Shown one piece after another: positions 60,887 through 64,000 of a DNA stretch of 64,000 nt. Every line of letters starts with the position of its first letter. Positions within the stretch are counted from its first letter, which is position 1. Both the position numbers and the translations under genes were made by a program. The notes under the pieces were generated by a model. It was not told the DNA's origin. It searched no databases and was given only the letters and a program-made list of their open reading frames with translations. The DNA comes from Eubacteriales bacterium (GTDB taxonomy: Bacteria; Bacillota; Clostridia; Oscillospirales; CAG-272): positions 4,026 through 68,025 of the forward strand of contig JAZQWB010000011.1 of NCBI GenBank assembly GCA_045632145.1. The letters are read 5' to 3'.

Positions 60887-63800
60887 ATGTCAAAGAAAAA
60901 CAGAAAGGTGCGAGTGCTGACAGCCATTGTCGCAAGTGTGATGATAATTTCAACCATACTTACGGTACAGATGTCTGCCGATAGCACAACTTATTACGGA
61001 GAATCTCCGTCAATAAGCAACGTAACAGGTTCTCTCAACCTGGGAACCGAAAACCTTTACAATGAAACGGTGATGTACAAGCTTCCCGACACTGTAAAGG
61101 AAGATGATGATCTCTCGATCATCATCAAAACACAGTCTACCACTCTTCTCGACGCCTACGATAAGTACGGTGAGGGACTCAGCTTTGCAGAGTTCACTAA
61201 TACCGCAAAGGCCGAGGAGGTACGTATGCAGATCAATCAGGAATTCTATGATCTGCGCGACCAGCTCAGAGGAATTGACTATGAGGTTGGTGAAATCTAC
61301 AACGTGGTTATGTCCGGATTTGAAATCATCATCAAGGGCAAGGACTTTACCGACGTGTGCAAGGCTATGAATGGCAGTGCGCAGGTTATTATCGGTGAGG
61401 CATACAAGACCGCGGATACACAGCTTGTTGAAAACAGCGTAAACGTTTACGGCACAGGTATTTTCAACAGCGACAGCTTCCAGGATGCATATGGATATGA
61501 TGGAACAGGTATCGTAGTTGCAGTACTTGATACCGGTCTTGACTACTATCACTCTGCTTTCCTCGATAAGAACTACACAGCAGACAGAAGCAAGCTTGGT
61601 CTTACCTTCGATGAGGTAGCAGCTCTTCTTGCTAACAACGATTTTGCTGCTGAGCAGAGAGCAAACGGTCTTACCGCTGAGGACGTTTATATGAGTGCAA
61701 AGGTTCCCTTTGGCTTCGACTACGCCGACAGCGACTCCGACGTGTTCCCTCTCCTCTCCAACCACGGTACTCACGTTGCCGGTGTTATCGCAGGTAACTA
61801 CCTCCCTCACATTGAGAGCGAGGATTACAGTGGCGAGTTTGTTGGTGTTGCTCCCGGTGCACAGATAGTTCCCATGAAGATATTCTCCGACGTTGAGGCC
61901 TCCGCACACACCTCCTGGATCCTTGCGGCTCTTGAGGACTGCGTAATTCTCGGCGTTGACGTTATCAATATGTCTATCGGTACAGCCTGTGGCTTTAGCA
62001 GAAATACAGACAAGGAGGCTATCTCCGGTGTTTACGACAAGATTCGCGAGCGCGGAATCTCTCTTGTTGTTGCGGCATCCAACAGCTTCAACTCTGCATA
62101 CTCCTCCGACAAGAACGGTAACCTTCCCCTTACCTCTAATCCCGATAGCTCTACCGTAGGCTCTCCCTCTACATATCTCGGTGCTCTTTCCGTAGCATCT
62201 ATCGAGGGTGCAAAGACTCCCTACCTTACCTACGGTGAGACCATTATGTACTTCATCGAGTCTAACGACCGATTCTCCAACGAGAAGAATTTTGTAAACG
62301 AGTTCCTTGAGGATTCCGGCACAGACAGACTTGAGCTTGAGTACGTTCTTGTAGCAGGTGCAGGCCGTACCGCTGCAGACTATACAGGTATAGACGTTAA
62401 GGGCAAGATCGCTCTTATCAAGCGTGGATATAATACATTTGAAGAGAAGGTTGCGCTCGCGGCAAAGATGGGTGCGGCCGGCGTTATCATTTACAACAAC
62501 GTTTCGGGTGACATCAAGATGAACGTTGGTGAGATCGATATCCCTGTATGCTCTATTTCCCAGAATGACGGTGAAATGCTGGCGGCTGCAGGAAGCGGCA
62601 AAATTGTTATCAGCCGCACTCAGGTATCCGGTCCCTTCATCTCCGACTTCTCTTCCTGGGGTCCTACTCCCGACCTTATGATCAAGCCTGAGATCACTGC
62701 GCACGGTGGATCTATTCTTTCCTCCGTTCCCGGTGAGAGCTACGATAGAATTTCCGGTACCTCCATGGCTACACCTAACATTGCCGGTGTTACCGCTCTT
62801 CTTCGTGAATACGTTATCAATAAATTCGGATACAACCCCGACACTCAGGCAATTATGATAACCGAGACAGTAAACAGACTTATGATGTCTACTGCCGATA
62901 TTATCCTTAACAAAAACGGATTGCCCTACTCCGTTAGAAAGCAGGGCGCTGGACTTTCTAACCTTACTGACTCCGCGGCAACAAATGCATATATTCTTAC
63001 CTATAACAAGGATGGCTCTGTAATGGATAAGCCCAAGCTTGAGCTTGGCGACGACCCTCACAAGAAGGGCGTTTACACCATGGAGTTCTCCATTGTTAAC
63101 TTCGGCTCTACCGCACTCTCCTATGACTTGGGCGCTTACGTGCTTACCGAGGGTGTAAACGAAACCAAGACCGCCCAGGGTGATACCACAGTTACCGAGG
63201 CTGCCTACGAGCTCGCAGGTGCTAAGGTAGAAATCATCTCTGTAAATGGCGGCAAGCTTGACGGAAAGAATATTACAGTAAATTCCAGCAAAACCGCAAA
63301 GGTAAGCGTTAAGATTACTCTCACAGACGAAAACAAGAAGTATCTTAACGAATCCTTCAAGAACGGTATGTACGTTGAGGGCTTCATTACCCTTAACAAT
63401 GCAGACGATGCTCAGGACCTCAATATTCCCTATCTCGCATTCTACGGCGACTGGACTCGAGCTCCCCTCTTCGACCTTGACTACTACGCAACCAACAAGG
63501 ACGAGCTTGACGACTCCATCGATATGCTTGACAAGACTCTGCCCGATGCATATGCTACCCGTCCTATCGGTGGATCTACCGGTGACTACGTAAGCTATCT
63601 CGGCTCTTACTACTTCGAGCAGAATCCTCAGAACAAGATTATCGCTGCAGACAGAAAGTATATCTCCCTCTCTAACCAGACAGCCAACAACGAGATCAAC
63701 TCTCTCCGCTTTGTTTGGGCAGGCTTGCTGCGTAACGCAGAGCGTGTTGAGATCGTTATCACCGATGACGTAACAGGTGAGATTGTATATCAGACCACCG

Positions 63801-64000
63801 ACTACGATATCAGAAAGGCCTACGGTGATGGCGGTCCTATCAGACCTGCTAACATCGATATTGAGTTCAGCGCAATTGAGCACAACCTCAAGAACAACAC
63901 ACGTTATACCGTAACTATGAAGGGTTACCTTGATTACGGTGACGGTGGCGCTGACACTAACCTTTCCAATACCTTTACCTTCCCCATTACAGCAGACTTC
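60887..64000 (+). CDS. Secreted S8 subtilase (lactocepin/C5a-peptidase-like, PA and Fn3-like domains); 3' end runs off the window
   Basis: Not in the ORF track (open at edge). Read manually: MSKKNRKVRVLTAIVASVMII signal; triad VAVLDTGLD, NHGTHVAGVIAG, ISGTSMATP; PA insert KGKIALIKRG. Confidence 0.93.
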   Translation, partial: MSKKNRKVRVLTAIVASVMIISTILTVQMSADSTTYYGESPSISNVTGSLNLGTENLYNETVMYKLPDTVKEDDDLSIIIKTQSTTLLDAYDKYGEGLSFAEFTNTAKAEEVRMQINQEFYDLRDQLRGIDYEVGEIYNVVMSGFEIIIKGKDFTDVCKAMNGSAQVIIGEAYKTADTQLVENSVNVYGTGIFNSDSFQDAYGYDGTGIVVAVLDTGLDYYHSAFLDKNYTADRSKLGLTFDEVAALLANNDFAAEQRANGLTAEDVYMSAKVPFGFDYADSDSDVFPLLSNHGTHVAGVIAGNYLPHIESEDYSGEFVGVAPGAQIVPMKIFSDVEASAHTSWILAALEDCVILGVDVINMSIGTACGFSRNTDKEAISGVYDKIRERGISLVVAASNSFNSAYSSDKNGNLPLTSNPDSSTVGSPSTYLGALSVASIEGAKTPYLTYGETIMYFIESNDRFSNEKNFVNEFLEDSGTDRLELEYVLVAGAGRTAADYTGIDVKGKIALIKRGYNTFEEKVALAAKMGAAGVIIYNNVSGDIKMNVGEIDIPVCSISQNDGEMLAAAGSGKIVISRTQVSGPFISDFSSWGPTPDLMIKPEITAHGGSILSSVPGESYDRISGTSMATPNIAGVTALLREYVINKFGYNPDTQAIMITETVNRLMMSTADIILNKNGLPYSVRKQGAGLSNLTDSAATNAYILTYNKDGSVMDKPKLELGDDPHKKGVYTMEFSIVNFGSTALSYDLGAYVLTEGVNETKTAQGDTTVTEAAYELAGAKVEIISVNGGKLDGKNITVNSSKTAKVSVKITLTDENKKYLNESFKNGMYVEGFITLNNADDAQDLNIPYLAFYGDWTRAPLFDLDYYATNKDELDDSIDMLDKTLPDAYATRPIGGSTGDYVSYLGSYYFEQNPQNKIIAADRKYISLSNQTANNEINSLRFVWAGLLRNAERVEIVITDDVTGEIVYQTTDYDIRKAYGDGGPIRPANIDIEFSAIEHNLKNNTRYTVTMKGYLDYGDGGADTNLSNTFTFPITADF

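Noticed and set aside
57708-63883. 916-aa (+) and 957-aa (-) ORFs
   Set aside because: Antisense to the redoxin lipoprotein and to the S8 protease, both of which have clear motifs.

Overview
A 64 kb chromosomal window, most likely from an anaerobic gut/rumen-type Clostridia (inferred from gene content, sigma-A promoters, a T-box and sporulation-type genes). Left third (1-29.2 kb): three minus-strand surface glycan operons, each with a domain-permuted, membrane-anchored GH3, plus large lipoproteins (SASA+CE7 esterase, DNRLRE/CBM96-like, beta-helix, Ig-like, multi-CBM6/35-like, CotH kinase). No ABC/PTS transporter is visible. A 13.8 kb TetR + glycan block lies between 84-bp direct repeats and abuts a duplicated 3' end of the GGGtGRT gene (an att-like scar) that encloses a 91-bp tRNA-like structure. 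Middle: pduL-nifU-like-GGGtGRT, tepA, a DUF1508 gene, LysM/GH18-like, and metG-tatD-radical SAM. A ZTP-riboswitch-led ~16 kb purine cluster follows (purE C F M, FNT channel, purN, purO-like, purH, purD, purL, fhs, guaA, guaB), with a Cys1-less PurF and a glutaminase-less GuaA, then T-box-thrS. Right: an AT-rich HindIII-like type II R-M cassette inside ~40-bp inverted repeats with no transposase, two lipoproteins sharing an unrecognised repeated domain (one with a thioredoxin CxxC), and a divergent, partial S8 cell-surface protease. Family calls come from motif recognition only; no searches were run.
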